A stretch of 64,000 bases of DNA, taken from Octopus vulgaris (Eukaryota). Every line of letters begins with the position of its first letter. The stretch's first letter is position 1. This document shows, piece by piece, positions 13,256-26,259 of the stretch. Where the stretch lies: contig OX597814.1 in assembly GCA_951406725.2 (NCBI GenBank), forward strand, positions 209,560,001 through 209,624,000, written 5' to 3'. The notes beneath the pieces are model-generated. The model searched no databases. It was not told where the DNA came from and saw nothing but the letters and a program-made list of their open reading frames with translations. A program made the translations under genes and the position numbers.

Positions 13256-13522
13256 GAAAGAATGGAGTTGAACGACGAATTCACAAAATTCCTTTATTCT
13301 CGACATATGTTTCGAAATATATGTCGAGAATAAAGGAATTTTGTTAATTCGTCGTTCAACTCCATTCTTTCATTTATTTGTATTTAAAAAACACACAAAT
13401 TTTCACACGAAGGCACGTGATCTCTGCCCTTGGCATGTAGCTTCAACCGTGTTTTCTGACGTGAATTTGCTACCCAGGTATCGGTCAACCGAATTATCCA
13501 TAAGATAATTCATTCAACAACT
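13250..13522. mobile_element. Spacerless 128-bp palindrome (13250-13377) centred on an HHR GAAA motif, plus a unique 3' extension; TA-flanked
   Basis: Arms meet at TTTC|GAAA; left arm on the minus strand reads GAAAC-ATAT-GTC-GAGAATAAA; two mismatches between arms. Confidence 0.75.
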
Positions 13523-13659
13523 TATATATATATATACTTCTTTTAAGTGCCTATATGGTCGCGGGTACACATGGACATCAGCTCAAGCTTCTCACAACTT
13601 AACGTAGCGGAACATCGAAAATGTGACACCTGGATTGAGAAATTTTGAATCCAGCATTG

Positions 13660-13810
13660 GAATCGGTACTTATATGAAGCTGAGCAGACTCAAATGGCAT
13701 GAAATTAAACGCTTTGCTCTCAAAGACAACGCAACGGCTGACACAAGGAGTCGAATTCTTAGTCTTAGAATCGCGTACGCAAGACCCTAACCGCTAGGCC
13801 TCACACTTTC
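13660..13810 (-). mobile_element. Old CORE-type SINE fragment
   Basis: Weak similarity to the head and CORE-like region of 60430-60571. Confidence 0.45.
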
Positions 13811-13848
13811 ATATGATAATACATAAATACATGCGTGTAGACACACAC

Positions 13849-13902
<54 letters not shown>

Positions 13903-14075
13903 GCATGTATACGTACTTGAAAGCACATTTATATATGTATTCACACACGAGCGTGCGCACGCTAGCACGCACACAGACACACACACATACACGCGCGCGC
14001 TCACACACATACACAAACAAACACACACAAACATATATATATTAAGTGCATGTGTGAGCGTGCAACATAATATAC

Positions 14076-14578
14076 ATTTCTTTACTACCCACAAGGGGCT
14101 AAACACAGAGGGGACAAACGAGGACAGACAAACGGATTAAGTCGATTACATCGAACCCAGTGCGTAACTGGTACTTAATTTATCGACTCCAGCTGGTTAA
14201 CGATACAACCTGTGTCCGATATATTGCAGGCAGGGCAGCGAATGCCTGCCATCTTCTAACGAGTTGATAGGACCAATAGACCAGCTTCGTTTCCGGGTAT
14301 GTCGTTTATTTTTCTATATATTGCAAGCTAGAGCGAACATCTACCTATTTCTTTACTACCCACAAGGGGCTAAACACAGAGGGGACAAACAAGGACAGAC
14401 AAACGGATTAAGTCGATTATATCGACCCCAGAGCGTAACTGGTACTTATTTAATCGACCTCGAAAGGATGAAAGGCAAAGTCGACCTCGGCGGAATTTGA
14501 ACCCAGAACGTAACGGCAGACGAAATACGGCTACGCATTTCGCCCGGCGTGCTAACGTTTCTACCAGCTCGCCGCCTT
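14076..14578 (-). mobile_element. SINE family B (full copy 14344-14578) + 155-bp unique insert + second SINE-B 3' part (14076-14188), all within one 13-bp TSD
   Basis: tRNA-like head GGCGGCGAGCTGG..GGTTCAAATTCC; central GACTTTGCCTTTCATCCTTTCG.GGTCGA..AATAAGTACC resembles the MetaSINE domain; CAACATAATATAC at 14063-14075 and 14579-14591. Confidence 0.9.
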
Positions 14579-14854
14579 CAACATAATATACTTTACTTAC
14601 ACTACATGAGTGCGAAGAATTATTTACTGCAATTTCTGCTGATGGGTGTATTCAGAATCAAGGTACTGATGGTGGAAACTTAAGTGAAATAGAAATGAAT
14701 CAAACCTCATTAATTGATTCTGTGTCTGGATGCATTTAAATAGTTTCTATACAGTATCATTAAGAGTTAAAAACAGACACCAATGTGTCGTAAAACATCA
14801 TATCAAATAATTATAAACGGATCAACGAACAATTTCTCTTTCGTTGCTCGACTT

Positions 14855-15047
14855 TTTCGAAATAGAAGCAGAATCTCAGTCAGATCACATATTACCTTAA
14901 GAAAAAAGGAAGGTCATATTAAATAACACAGTTCTAGATATACCATGCGTGAACGAGGAGACCGGATGATCATATGACCAGGGCTGGAGCTTCATTAACC
15001 ACAGGTTTGATCTCTCATGCATGGCCTCGGGCTAGACAAGAACAGTA
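14855..15047 (+). mobile_element. Old dispersed repeat (retroposon tail); related copy at 41570-41760 on the minus strand
   Basis: Two diverged copies in the window (GAAATAG.AGC..AATCT..ATCACA..CTAGATATA..GGGCTA.ACAA.AAC). Confidence 0.45.
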
Positions 15048-16252
15048 AAGTTGATCAGATGAATGGCTTATATATACTGCCATATCCCTTCTAGGTTGAA
15101 GATTTCCGAATGAATAATTTCTTGATGATTAATTTCCGCTACATTTCATTTAGGATATATAACATGACTGGCATCTTTACTACTACCCAAGACAGAACCC
15201 ATAGCTTTTGGCACCAATGTTGGCAGTGCTTCAACACTTTATTCAGTAGTTTGGTAAACATTTTAGTAAAATATGTAATCTAATTGTCTTGCCAGATACG
15301 AACAAATTCCTACAGTTTTTATTGACAAAAAGTATTTGCATTCAAGCAGTTTTGGTATTGATCTATCCTTGACGTCTAAGCATGGCTGTACATTTGTTGT
15401 ATATCCAGGATCTTGTAAATGCGGGTTTTGTGGGTTCGTTACACTGTACATTACAATAATCACTAGTGCAGTGTAGTTTCGAGACGATTTATCTAAAAAT
15501 CTAATGACAAAGCTAATCTAACTGCGAAATACATTAGCTAAATAAATTAGTAAATTAGATTAGGATAAAAACTCAGCTTTTTTAAGGATTTGTCATGCCG
15601 TCTTAAAATAAATTGTTAGAAATTCACAGGGAACAACACAAAATGAAAACCAGACTCTCACTGATCTGAAAAGATGATAATCAAAAAACAAAGCCACAAA
15701 ATAAAATAAAAAACAGTACAACAAACTTAACGTCATATTCTAAGTTATTCACGGTAATAAAATGTGATATTTCACAGAAAGTGTCATAAACCAAGAAAAA
15801 ATATAACACTCTTTTTTTTTTTTTATAGAACGTTCCTGCTTCCATGTGAAATCTTGACGGTTGATTCTAATTATATGAGAAGCTGTCAGATAAGTCATCA
15901 GGATGAGGGGGAAAAAACCATAGTTGTTAATGTAATCAGGTAAGAACAGGCTGTGAAGGAACGATAGATTAACATCCATAATGCAAGTTTAAAATGTCAT
16001 CAGTATCTACCTCAAAACGTCACACACAAACACACACATACACGCACGCACACAACACACATACTACACATACACACATACACACGTACTCACAGACGCC
16101 AGCAAATAGACACGCGCGCCGCATGCCTATTTCTATATATGTGCGCGTATGTGTATGTGCGTGAGGATGTCGAGATTTATACACACGCGCATCGTGATGT
16201 AAGTGTACATAAGTGTATTAAAAAATATATTTTACCTGCGGCAAACGTTTTC

Positions 16253-16470
16253 CTATTTCTTTACTAACCCACAAGAGGTGACAAACAAGGACAGACATAA
16301 GGATTAAGTCGATTATATCGACACCAGTGCGTAACTGGTACTTAATTTATCGACCCCGAAAGGATAAAAGGCAAAGTCAACCTCGGCGGAATTTGAACTC
16401 AGAGCGTAACGGCAGACGAAATACCGCTAAGCATTTCGCCCGGCGTGTTAACGTTTCTACCAGTTCGCCG
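16253..16470 (-). mobile_element. SINE family B
   Basis: High similarity to 14344-14578. Confidence 0.92.
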
Positions 16471-16682
16471 ACGTTTTCCGGTGTAGAATTCAATACATAG
16501 GGTACAGTGAATACATATGTCGAATGTATCAAAGGGTTTGTCCGCCCAAAGTTTGACCCTGAGCTGAGCTGAGCTATTAAAGGCAGAGTACGAAACTCAG
16601 AGTAAGCTCTTTGACATACCACACACACACGCGCACACGCACACACACACGCACACACACAATACACAACACACGTAACGTT

Positions 16683-16850
16683 TATCTTTTACTTGTTTCA
16701 GTCATTTGACTGTGGTCATACTGCCTCATTGCCCCGAAGGAATTTTTTGTCGAAAGAATCGAACCTAGAACTTCTTTTAAGTCTAGTACTTATTCTATCG
16801 GTGTCTTTTACCGATCCGCTAGTTTATAGCTGTCAAACAGTGTTGGAAAC
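16683..16850 (-). mobile_element. SINE family A 3' half, diverged
   Basis: CTTTTACTTGTTTCAGTCATTTGACTG..TAGTACTTATTCTATCGG. Confidence 0.8.
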
Positions 16851-16927
16851 ACACACACAAATATATACATACATACACACAAGCATACGTACATACATAC
16901 GTACATACATACATGCATGCATATATG

Positions 16928-17435
16928 CTCTGAATGCAGTTCAAGGCAGTGGCTCTCATGGCTTCTTATCTTAACTCATTGGAAATGTTATCATGTACAT
17001 TGTTTTCTCTTGATTTAAACGATGATCTGCACCAAATATTCTGCTCAATACTACATATTTGCTCGTCAGTTGTTTGACATTAACGTAGTGGCTGACGATA
17101 AATGCATCTCCGATAACGAGGAGAAGTAGTTGGGGATCATCATAGCCATGTGTTGTAAATATTCTTTGGGTTTGGATAATTCACGTTTGGAAACATGGGT
17201 GTTTTGTTCATCATCCTTAACCCTTATTCAGGGACCTTTTGAGCAGGATGGGCTACTCGACCTGCAGAAACTTCTAACTGGGCCCCAAAGTAATGCCCTG
17301 TTTATCTTGATATGAGATCACCATGTAGCGCACATATGGTTGTGATGCATGTGTCTAGTGTACTCTTATCAGACGGGTATACTGGGCTTCGTGTATTTTA
17401 CTCCAGTGTCACTTTGATGGCATGCACTGCTCTCA
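16928..17435 (-). mobile_element. Probable non-autonomous RTE-related retroposon
   Basis: Resembles from memory an abundant Octopus repeat beginning GAGAGCAGTGCATGCCATCAAAGTGACACTGG; no intact ORF; class assignment tentative. Confidence 0.4.
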
Positions 17436-17471
17436 TGCATACAAACACACACACGCACACACATACATATA

Positions 17472-17522
17472 TTTTCTTTTACTTGTTTCAGTCACCTGAC
17501 TGCGGCCGTGCTGGAGCACCAT

Positions 17523-17587
<65 letters not shown>

Positions 17588-17756
17588 CACAGGACGGGCT
17601 TCTTTCAGTTTCTGTTTACCAAATCTACTCTTAAGACTTTCGTTGGTCTGAGGCTATAGCAAAAGACGCTTGGCCAAGGTGCCACGTAGTGGGACTGAAC
17701 CAGGAGCCATGTGTCTTGGAAGTAAGTTTCTTACTACACTGCCACGCCTGCACCTA
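17472..17756 (-). mobile_element. SINE family A, internally deleted
   Basis: Head and tail match family A; the segment between microsatellite and tail is missing. Confidence 0.85.
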
Positions 17757-20604
17757 TATACCTATATATATATATATATATATATACGCACACATACACA
17801 ACGCACGCGCGCACACACACGTATGTATGTGTATACTTCCATATATACATGTGTATACATGGATGTATTCTTATAACATATATTATGTAAGTATCCAATT
17901 GTAGCTAGTAGGTGAGCTATCAGAGAATTGAATTTGAGTTTTGCTTCCTAATTAAGAATATATTTCGACTCTACTTTGTAGTTATATTACAAATTGCATT
18001 TACATTATTTAAAACTGAAATGCCATCCAGAGAAATGTTAAACATTCCAAATCATTATATTATCTTTTAATACAAGTATACCTAATCGTTCCTTGAATAC
18101 CATCGCTGTTCACAAAAGGGTTTTCAGTGTATTTATTTAGCTTGTAGGTGTAAAGAAAAATATATATTTTAAATATATTTTAAAGTAACTATGTGTATTT
18201 TAAATATATGTTTTAAATATATTTTAAAGTGACTATAGTGTACATGTGTGAAGGCAAATGTCCCGGTGGTTAAAGCGTCAGGCTCACAATCATGAGGTAA
18301 TGAATTCGATTCCCGTACTGGGCTGATTCTGTTGAGAAGAAGGCCCCGAAAAGGTGCGCATTCTCTCCTGATAGCCCCACAAAATTTGCTTGCATCCGGT
18401 ATGCGGAGCTTTCAACTGCTAGCACTTGCATTTGGAAGTTGTTTGAAACAATATACTGAAGCAGTAAATAGTATGGTGAAATGGGTGAGCGATTAAGTCT
18501 ATCGCTTACAAACAGTAATATTCCATCGGATAGGTTTCCGTATTGATTCCGTCCGATTAATTTCACGTAAAATTGCCCTCAGTAGGTCCGGCACTAAACT
18601 GAAGATATTTATCCAAGTTTCTACACAGTGAGATTGAATCTAGAATCTTGTAATTGCGAGGTGAACATTTTAACCACGGCAATGCGTGTGACATTCCACA
18701 CATTTTAAAAGTCACACAATTTACTTGCCCGGAAAATATCAGATGTTTGTAAATTAAGCAATGAAGGAATCGAATATTTCAACGAAATGTTTATTATAGC
18801 ATCTGGAATGTGAAACACATGTACACATTTTCTCCACGTGTAGTTTGGTATTTGGTTTGTATTCACCTAAAAATAATGGTTCCATTATTTCATAATTACA
18901 TGGAGGCGAATAGGAAATTACTATTTTAGTTCGCTCTAAATTTCAAAGAAAATAAATAATGTTAATCTGTAGGCTATGTCTACCTTGTTTAGCAACTGAA
19001 ATAATTTATTTCTTTGTCGATTTAAAGTGAAGAGGAATATATATTTAATTTCCTAATATACAAATGTGTCAAACACACGCTTTTATGAAGTGTTTATCTT
19101 ATTCGCTCCGGGCGGGCTTCGTGATATATGATAGTGTGAGTTAAATTTAATTTGTCAAGATATGAATAAATGTATTAATATCTTTCTTTCCACCCACCAC
19201 AATTAATGCAAAGTTTGGTATCGTGCTTTAATATGTTAAGACATCCGTGTGTAAGAAGTAAACTGATCAGCAAAACATAACCATTTACATCGGCAAACAT
19301 TTTTCCCACTTCAAAAAACAATTGAGACTGAAGCAGACATTGCATAACGTAAATGAATTTTATATTTAGTTAACATAACGCTTGACCAAGAAAACTGAAT
19401 GGTCATCTTCCTACCGTGAAATTATACTTAAGCAGAAATTTTTAAAAATTGAAAGGGTATGTATACTTTATCATTTCAAAACAAAGTTGCATGTATTTTA
19501 TCCATCCATCCACCCATCCATCCATCCATCCACCTATTTTTGTTGAGATTTCAAGATGAAATTGGTAAGACCGAAACTAATATTATATGCTATTCAATCT
19601 GGCAAATAACTGCGTGGAACATAGAGACAAAAATAGGATGGGAAGTAGAAGGGTGAGGTTTTAACAGAGAGAGAGAGAGTTTGTAATTAAAAGATATTAT
19701 CTAACAGCATCAAGAACAAAACTTCCTAGTAATTTCCGTTTGAATGATAATTGGTTATTGCTATAACGGTATTTATAAATGTGCTGTTACCATAGCATGG
19801 ACTTACTCCGCCAGAATTTACATTGGTAGAACGATTGACTTTAAGTGTTTTTATCATGCACATCTGATTCCTTTTGCAAGAATTGGTAGAAAACAGTCTA
19901 CTTCCTTGACCACCCACATCTATCATCTCGCAACTGAGGGTATCCTTTATAGCATTTCCTAGTCCATAATGGAATTCCATGGAGGAATTCGCTACATATG
20001 AAGTCCCGACCTTGTGACATATGCTGACGCGAGTCCCACAGTCTATTATGTCAAAATATGGTCTCACTTAAATGCTTCTCTGACGTAATTACCGTGTGCA
20101 GACACAGATACTACAAAACGTTCTTTCGTTGCCATAAATGTTCATGTTCTAAACGTACTAATTAAACCTTCCTTTCTACTCTACAATGAAATATAATACA
20201 TCATCCTCAATGAGTGTATTCCTCCATTGCTAAATTAGCCACACTTTAAGTTTTCTCGTCTCTTTCCTCTCATCCCTCTCTTAATAAAGTACCTTACATC
20301 CTTTACTCCGTTATCGTTTTTTTTTGTTTTTTTTTTTACAATTTCTCTTTTAATTTCCTACCTCCGTAACAGGCCTTGATTTACTTTATACTATATGCTT
20401 GATTACTTCGCCTACCACAGTCTTTTATCTTCACTATTAATTTCCTCTCTATTGGGCACGGTCCTCATTTTGTTCTGGCTTACTTACTCATTTTTATTGT
20501 CCAGTTTTCTCTCTTTTATCTTGAGGCTGTTAGCTGATGTCTTTTAAATTACTAACTCTACCTCAGTAACCTTAGTCGCTCTTATATTTAAAAATAACTT
20601 CCAC

Positions 20605-21017
20605 ATAGGCGCAGGAGTGGCTGTGTGGTAAGTAGCTTGCTAACCAACCACATGGTTCCGGGTTCAGTCCCACTGCGTGGCATCTTGGGCAAGTGTCTTC
20701 TTCTATAGCCCCGGGCCGACCAATGCCTTCTGAGTGGATTTGGTAGACGGAAACTGAAAGAAGCCTGTCGTATATATATATATATATGTATGTGTGTGTT
20801 TGTGTGTCTGTGTTTGTCCCCCTAGCATTGCTTGACAACCGATGCTGGTGTGTTTACGTCCCCGTCACTTAGCGGTTCGGCAAAAGAGACCGATTGAATA
20901 AGTACTGGGCTTACAAAGAGAATAAGTCCCGGTGTCGATTTGCTCGACTAAAGGCGGTGCTCCAGCATGGCCGCAGTCAAATGACTGAAACAAGTAAAAG
21001 AGTAAAAGAGTAAGAGT
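20605..21017 (+). mobile_element. SINE family A, full-length reference copy
   Basis: Pol III A box TGGCTGTGTGG and B box GGTTCAGTCCC, central (TA)/(TG) tract, (GTAAAAGA)n tail; more than 10 copies in the window. Confidence 0.95.
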
Positions 21018-21049
21018 ATTGAGTAAATTTTTGTATCCCATTGGAAAAT

Positions 21050-22520
21050 TTCACTGCTTTCCGAGCACGCGGTATCCGGTATGATCCTTCGTAATGCTGG
21101 TAGCGACCGAACCATTACGCGTTTCAATTTATAATATTATTTCATAGGGTTGCGTTAGAGTTAAGTGCAAACAGTTTTTGCACTTGCAAGAATTACTCTC
21201 GTGGCGAGTTGTAACATGCATAGCAGGAAAGCAACAGTCAAAGTATACTGAACCTCCAGTCATTGGTGAGGATGGCTTGTAGACTTTCACGTTGTGACGC
21301 ATTTCCCTTCGTTTGTGGTAATACAGTGGTGGACTTAAATGGTCTTAGGTAGCTGTTGATTCTTCTGAGCTCATACTCCCTCTTCATTGATTTGTTTTAT
21401 CCCGCAGTGTTTCGAAAAACATTCGTTTTTACCAAGAAATCTTGTAAAGCAGTTTGATCGACAATCGTACAGTTATGCCTAGGTTGTTCTTTCATGATAA
21501 TCAGTAGGATATCTCTGGGTATCACATTTCTCTTCTGACACATTTTAATATATAAACCAGATAAAAACTGGAGGATATAGGACTGACTAAATTCTTTCAA
21601 GGATGTGCACTGGCATAGCCTCATGTATAAGACTGAAACCATTAAAGTATAGAAAAAAGTAAAAAATGTGAGTGGTAGAGAAATATAATCATGTAAAGGC
21701 TAATTACACAATTATACATATGAAATGACCATATCTATTTAAAGAAGGACTTCAAATTTTACGAAATGTAAAATCTCGTATACAGGTAAGATAAAATTAT
21801 TAACTTGTAAATACTTTTGATATTAGTTATTTATGGTAAAATGGTTGAAATGACACCGTGCAAAAACGAACTTTTTTTAATTAGAAGATTTTTTTTGTCT
21901 TGTTGAAATAGTAAGATGTGGTGGGACAGTGTTTAACATCTTCACAAATTATGGATTAACATATTTTAACGTTAATGAACTAAGATGTTTTACATGTAGT
22001 GAGGCAGTGTGTCTGACCTTTTCAAGTCCTCCACAATTGGTCAGACTGATGCTTTTAACGTCCACCTTAAGTAGTTTTAGGATAGCGGATGCAAGAAAAA
22101 TATGAATTTAAGAGTGTTACATTTCCAAGGAAGTGAGAAGAAACTTTACGCATTAGCTTCTAGTTGAAGGCTATCATTGATTTCATCTTCTCCAGTTAAT
22201 TCAATAAATTTCATTTGGATGCAGTCTCAGGTGTTAATATAACTAGAAGCAGCACCGTTTCTTGTGCGTGAGCAAATCGTCTATGAAGTTCTTACCTGAG
22301 TTTGTTGAGAGTTAGCTACTGGAAGGAGTTGGAATATGCTGTGACTTTAAAAAGAAACTGTTGTCGTTGTGTTGCAAAGTTAACTGTTGTTGTTTATCCA
22401 AAAGGGTACCCCTGGTCGATAAGGCATTGAAGTAGTGGCCCTGTCGTGTTTATCCTATTTGCACCACTTTATCAAATTTGCCATTTTCTAAGATTCTCTC
22501 TCGTTGGATGGTGTGAGATC
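21050..22520 (-). mobile_element. Highly decayed Pif1-like helicase relic, probably Helitron/Helentron
   Basis: Minus-strand remnants in Pif1 order: PFG, IFQLLPV (GDFxQLxPV), FIELT, ASQRESLQ (KSQGQSL); many stops. Confidence 0.4.
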
Positions 22521-23384
22521 AGAGATTATAAGCGCTACAGACTGTATCAATACCTCATTCTTGAGAATGAGGTACAAGGTAAAGCTTAGGAAAATGTCAA
22601 ACTTAATAGAAATTATAGAATCGATCAACTTACAGATATTTTCGGAAAATCATTGTTGTTGAAATTGGAAACTGAGTGCTATCGACAAAGGTATGTTCGA
22701 ATTCTATATCGATCCTAATAACTCATCTGAATTATTTGGCGCACATAGCTTGATGGTTAGGGTCAGACACCTGAAATGTCTCTGATAATTTAGACAAATT
22801 CTAGATACTATATGTGTGTGTGTATGTGCATGTATGTATGTAAAACAGTTAAATATTATATAGTTATACATTGCTATTTTACTACTAAACACACCCATAT
22901 TAAATACTACCTAATTTAAAATGTATTATAGTTATAGGATTTTTCGCTAGAAATTAAATCAAATACTTACACTGATACATCATGAAATAAATTCGATGTA
23001 CATTTCATCAAAACAAGTCAAATTTGTTTAACGTTCTAGATTTCTAAGATTTTAAATGAGACTCATACATCTTGAATTAAGTTTCACTACTGGTTTGAAT
23101 ACTAACAAGATTACTGATCGCACGGAAGTAAGTGATTGCATTCATATCTAATATAATTGCAAGCTAGTAGTGTCATATAAGTGCTGTAAATTTCTAAATC
23201 ATCAAATCACCACATAATAGTTTCTGTATCTTCAGTGCTTATATTTTAAAAACCTAGGATCAAATCGAGAGATGTCTTATCTATTCAGATGCTGTTGCTG
23301 CTAGATCTAAGTTTAAAGTCGTTTACATAACACCTTTTCATATGTCAAGAGTTTACAGATTCACTCAAAAAATAATCAGAACAA

Positions 23385-23780
23385 TGTGACTACGGCCTTC
23401 CTGGAGCGCCGACTTTAGCCGAACAAATGGACCCCAGGATTTATTCTTTGTAAGCCTAGTACTTATTCTATCGATGTCTTTCGCCGAATGGCTAAGTTAC
23501 AGGACGTAAACACACCAAAATCTGTTGTCAAGTGATGAGGGGGGTAAAAAACACACACACACGCACACACAAAATACACATATGCACACACATACACACA
23601 CACACACACTCTCTCTCTCTCTCTTTCTCTGTATATATATATCAAGATTAATCAGCCGAAATTACTACGATGATCCGGTTCTTGACTGAAGACTGAGGGT
23701 TTCGAATGTCCTGTCCGTGTTTATTGTGTCGTCTTCTAAGAGTTATACGTTCTTGTCCATGTTGTATTTTTCTACATACC

Positions 23781-23824
<44 letters not shown>

Positions 23825-23968
23825 AGGGGTTTCTTCCAGTTTTCATCTAACGAATCCACTCACAAGGCTTTGGTCGACCCGAGGCTATTGTAGAAGACAC
23901 ACCCAAGGTGCCACACCGTGGGACTGAACCTGGAATAATGTCGTCTGTGAGCAAGCTACTTACCACAC
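23385..23968 (-). mobile_element. SINE family A with a 140-bp foreign insert (23644-23783) in its microsatellite
   Basis: Both SINE halves are recognisable around the insert. Confidence 0.85.
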
Positions 23969-24077
23969 CTGATACACACACACACACGCACATATATATA
24001 CATATATTTACATATATATATATATACACATATATATACATATATACATATACATATATGTACATATATACATATGC

Positions 24078-24158
<81 letters not shown>

Positions 24159-24527
24159 CGCACATACATAAAACTACATCAGGTTTGGTAAAGAAAACGT
24201 GATCACGTACCTACTTTGTCCCTGTTCTAATTACAGATAGGCAGACCGAGAGACAAAAATTTTATATAGAATAAGCACATGTATTAAATGTTAATTTAGG
24301 GGTTAATATGTAACTGTAAACACCTTGCAACGTTTTAACTGCTACGATCATCAAGTGGTAATTGAACTGTAAAGGTGTAAAATAAGATGATCTTAGTGTT
24401 ATCACATTAGAATTAAAAGTGAAAGAGAAAAAGTGAAACAATATTATAGTTACAATTAAAAGTGAAACAATATTATATCACATTACAATATAGATGTATT
24501 GTTTCACTTTTGACATGTAATACAGAA

Positions 24528-24729
24528 CCAGTCTAAGAGATTGCTCTGAGCCCGCATTAGGCAAGAAGTTGAAAATTTTTTTGCTCATGATTTCTTAGTC
24601 CATGACACTCCATGTTCCCTAAGTAATGCGTGCGTGAAATTTGAATAAAATCGGTTGGGTAGTTCTCGAGTTTTAGGACTTCACACATACAGAAATACTG
24701 ACATACATTCTCAGTTTTATATATAGAGA
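24528..24729 (-). mobile_element. Short non-autonomous Helitron
   Basis: Minus strand: A|TCTCTATATATAAAACTGAG...AACCGATTTTATTCAAATTTCAC...GCGGGCTCAGAGC...CTGG|T, i.e. 5' TC, 3' CTRR and an A/T target. Confidence 0.65.
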
Positions 24730-25994
24730 TTTACGACAACCCCCACTAAATTTACCATCATATATTTCTAACAGGTTTTACTGTGAAGTGCCAGTTCCTG
24801 TTAACTACCTATAAAATGACAACCAATAATTTTGGGAGAATTGCTAAATGCTATAGTAGGAGGTTTCCTGCAGATAACTGTCATTCAAAATGAATATATA
24901 TGCATTCATTCTTGTAATCTACGTTTATTGCAAAGCTTTTGTTGTAGTTCTTTGGTAAACTAGTTCGAAATAATTTGCACAAGATTATGGTTATGTGCGA
25001 ATTAATAAGATAATGTGACTATAACGGGAGAAAATGGTAGAAATAATAGAATAGAACCATAAACACATGTTCTCGATTTAATATGGCTGAGTCCAAATTT
25101 TAACAGGATAAACTTTGAAGTCCGTATCTACGATATCAATTAAACAAATAATAGTATAAGGCACATTCAATCATGGAACAGAAGCATAGCTGAACATTAT
25201 TCGAGCATCAGGTATAAGTGGAATACTTTAGTGCTTATCGATCGATCTAATAGTATTAATTTAACCATTTTCCCGTTTTGACTGTAGTGTGAATTATTTG
25301 GTTATTAAAGTTTCATTTAATCGTATACTACTGCAAATGTTTTATCACCAACTTTAGTATAAGAGTATTAAAATACTTAAAACAATCTCACAAAGCTACA
25401 CGAGCAAGAATGATATCAGGAACGTGTGTGTAGACAGTGTCGTGTAGGCTTATATCAAAGTTGTTTGTGCAGACTTATAATTAACAGAATTTCAACTGTG
25501 GATTTGTAAGATTACATAAACAAAAGTCTTTCATTTCTAAAAAGATGACGCCTGACTTGAGAGAAACTGTTAAGATAATTTCTCTAACTCTTTTAGCGAC
25601 ACATTATAATCTGTTGTGACTGATTTATCTATTAAGAACCATTTCTTATCCTGGTGGTTGTTGATAAAATACTGTTTGGTTGTTTGTCTTTTATCGCTGG
25701 TACATGCTAGAATATGAGTGTTACGCTATTCTCTGAGTAGTGTTCTGCTATAAACCTAAACCATCTCTGTTCTATTGGCATTTCATAGTGACGTCATAAC
25801 TACCACTCTACGTAAGTCCCAACAACATCATGTCTGTCAATGTATTCTTTTTTAGCTTCTAGGCCTGGCCAACTCAATTTACATGGTGGGCCACTTTAAT
25901 CAGAGAATGATTTTTTGAGGGCCGCTTGTATACATTATCCATTAATAGTAAAATAATCAAATTACATAATTAAGAATTTTTTTCATACCTTTCG

Positions 25995-26209
25995 TTTACT
26001 CTTTTACTCTTTTACTCGTTTCAGTCATTTGACTGCGGCCATGCTGGAACACCACCTTTTTAGTCGAGCAAATCGATCCCGAGACTTATTCTTTGTAAGC
26101 CCAGTACTTATTCTATCGGTCTCTTTTGCCGAACCGCTAAGTGACGGGGACGTAAACACACCAGCATCGGTTGTCAAGCAATGCTAGGGGGACAAACACA
26201 GACACACAA

Positions 26210-26259
<50 letters not shown>

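Noticed and set aside
20605-20680. tRNA-like sequences at SINE heads (also 26848, 44760, 48563, 60500)
   Set aside because: A and B boxes are present but there is no complete cloverleaf, and they are fused to SINE bodies.
23215-23240. Minus-strand CTGAAGA-taca-GAAAC
   Set aside because: No stem II or stem I is possible; likely chance in AT-rich DNA.
24428-24512. 15-bp inverted repeat and 20-bp direct repeat containing GTGAAACAATA
   Set aside because: Short and AT-rich, oriented opposite to the HHR fold-backs, with no CUGANGA; probably local slippage.
25859-25927. hAT-like terminus TAGGCCTGGCCAAC..GGGCCAC..GAGGGCCGC
   Set aside because: No matching opposite end or 8-bp TSD was found.
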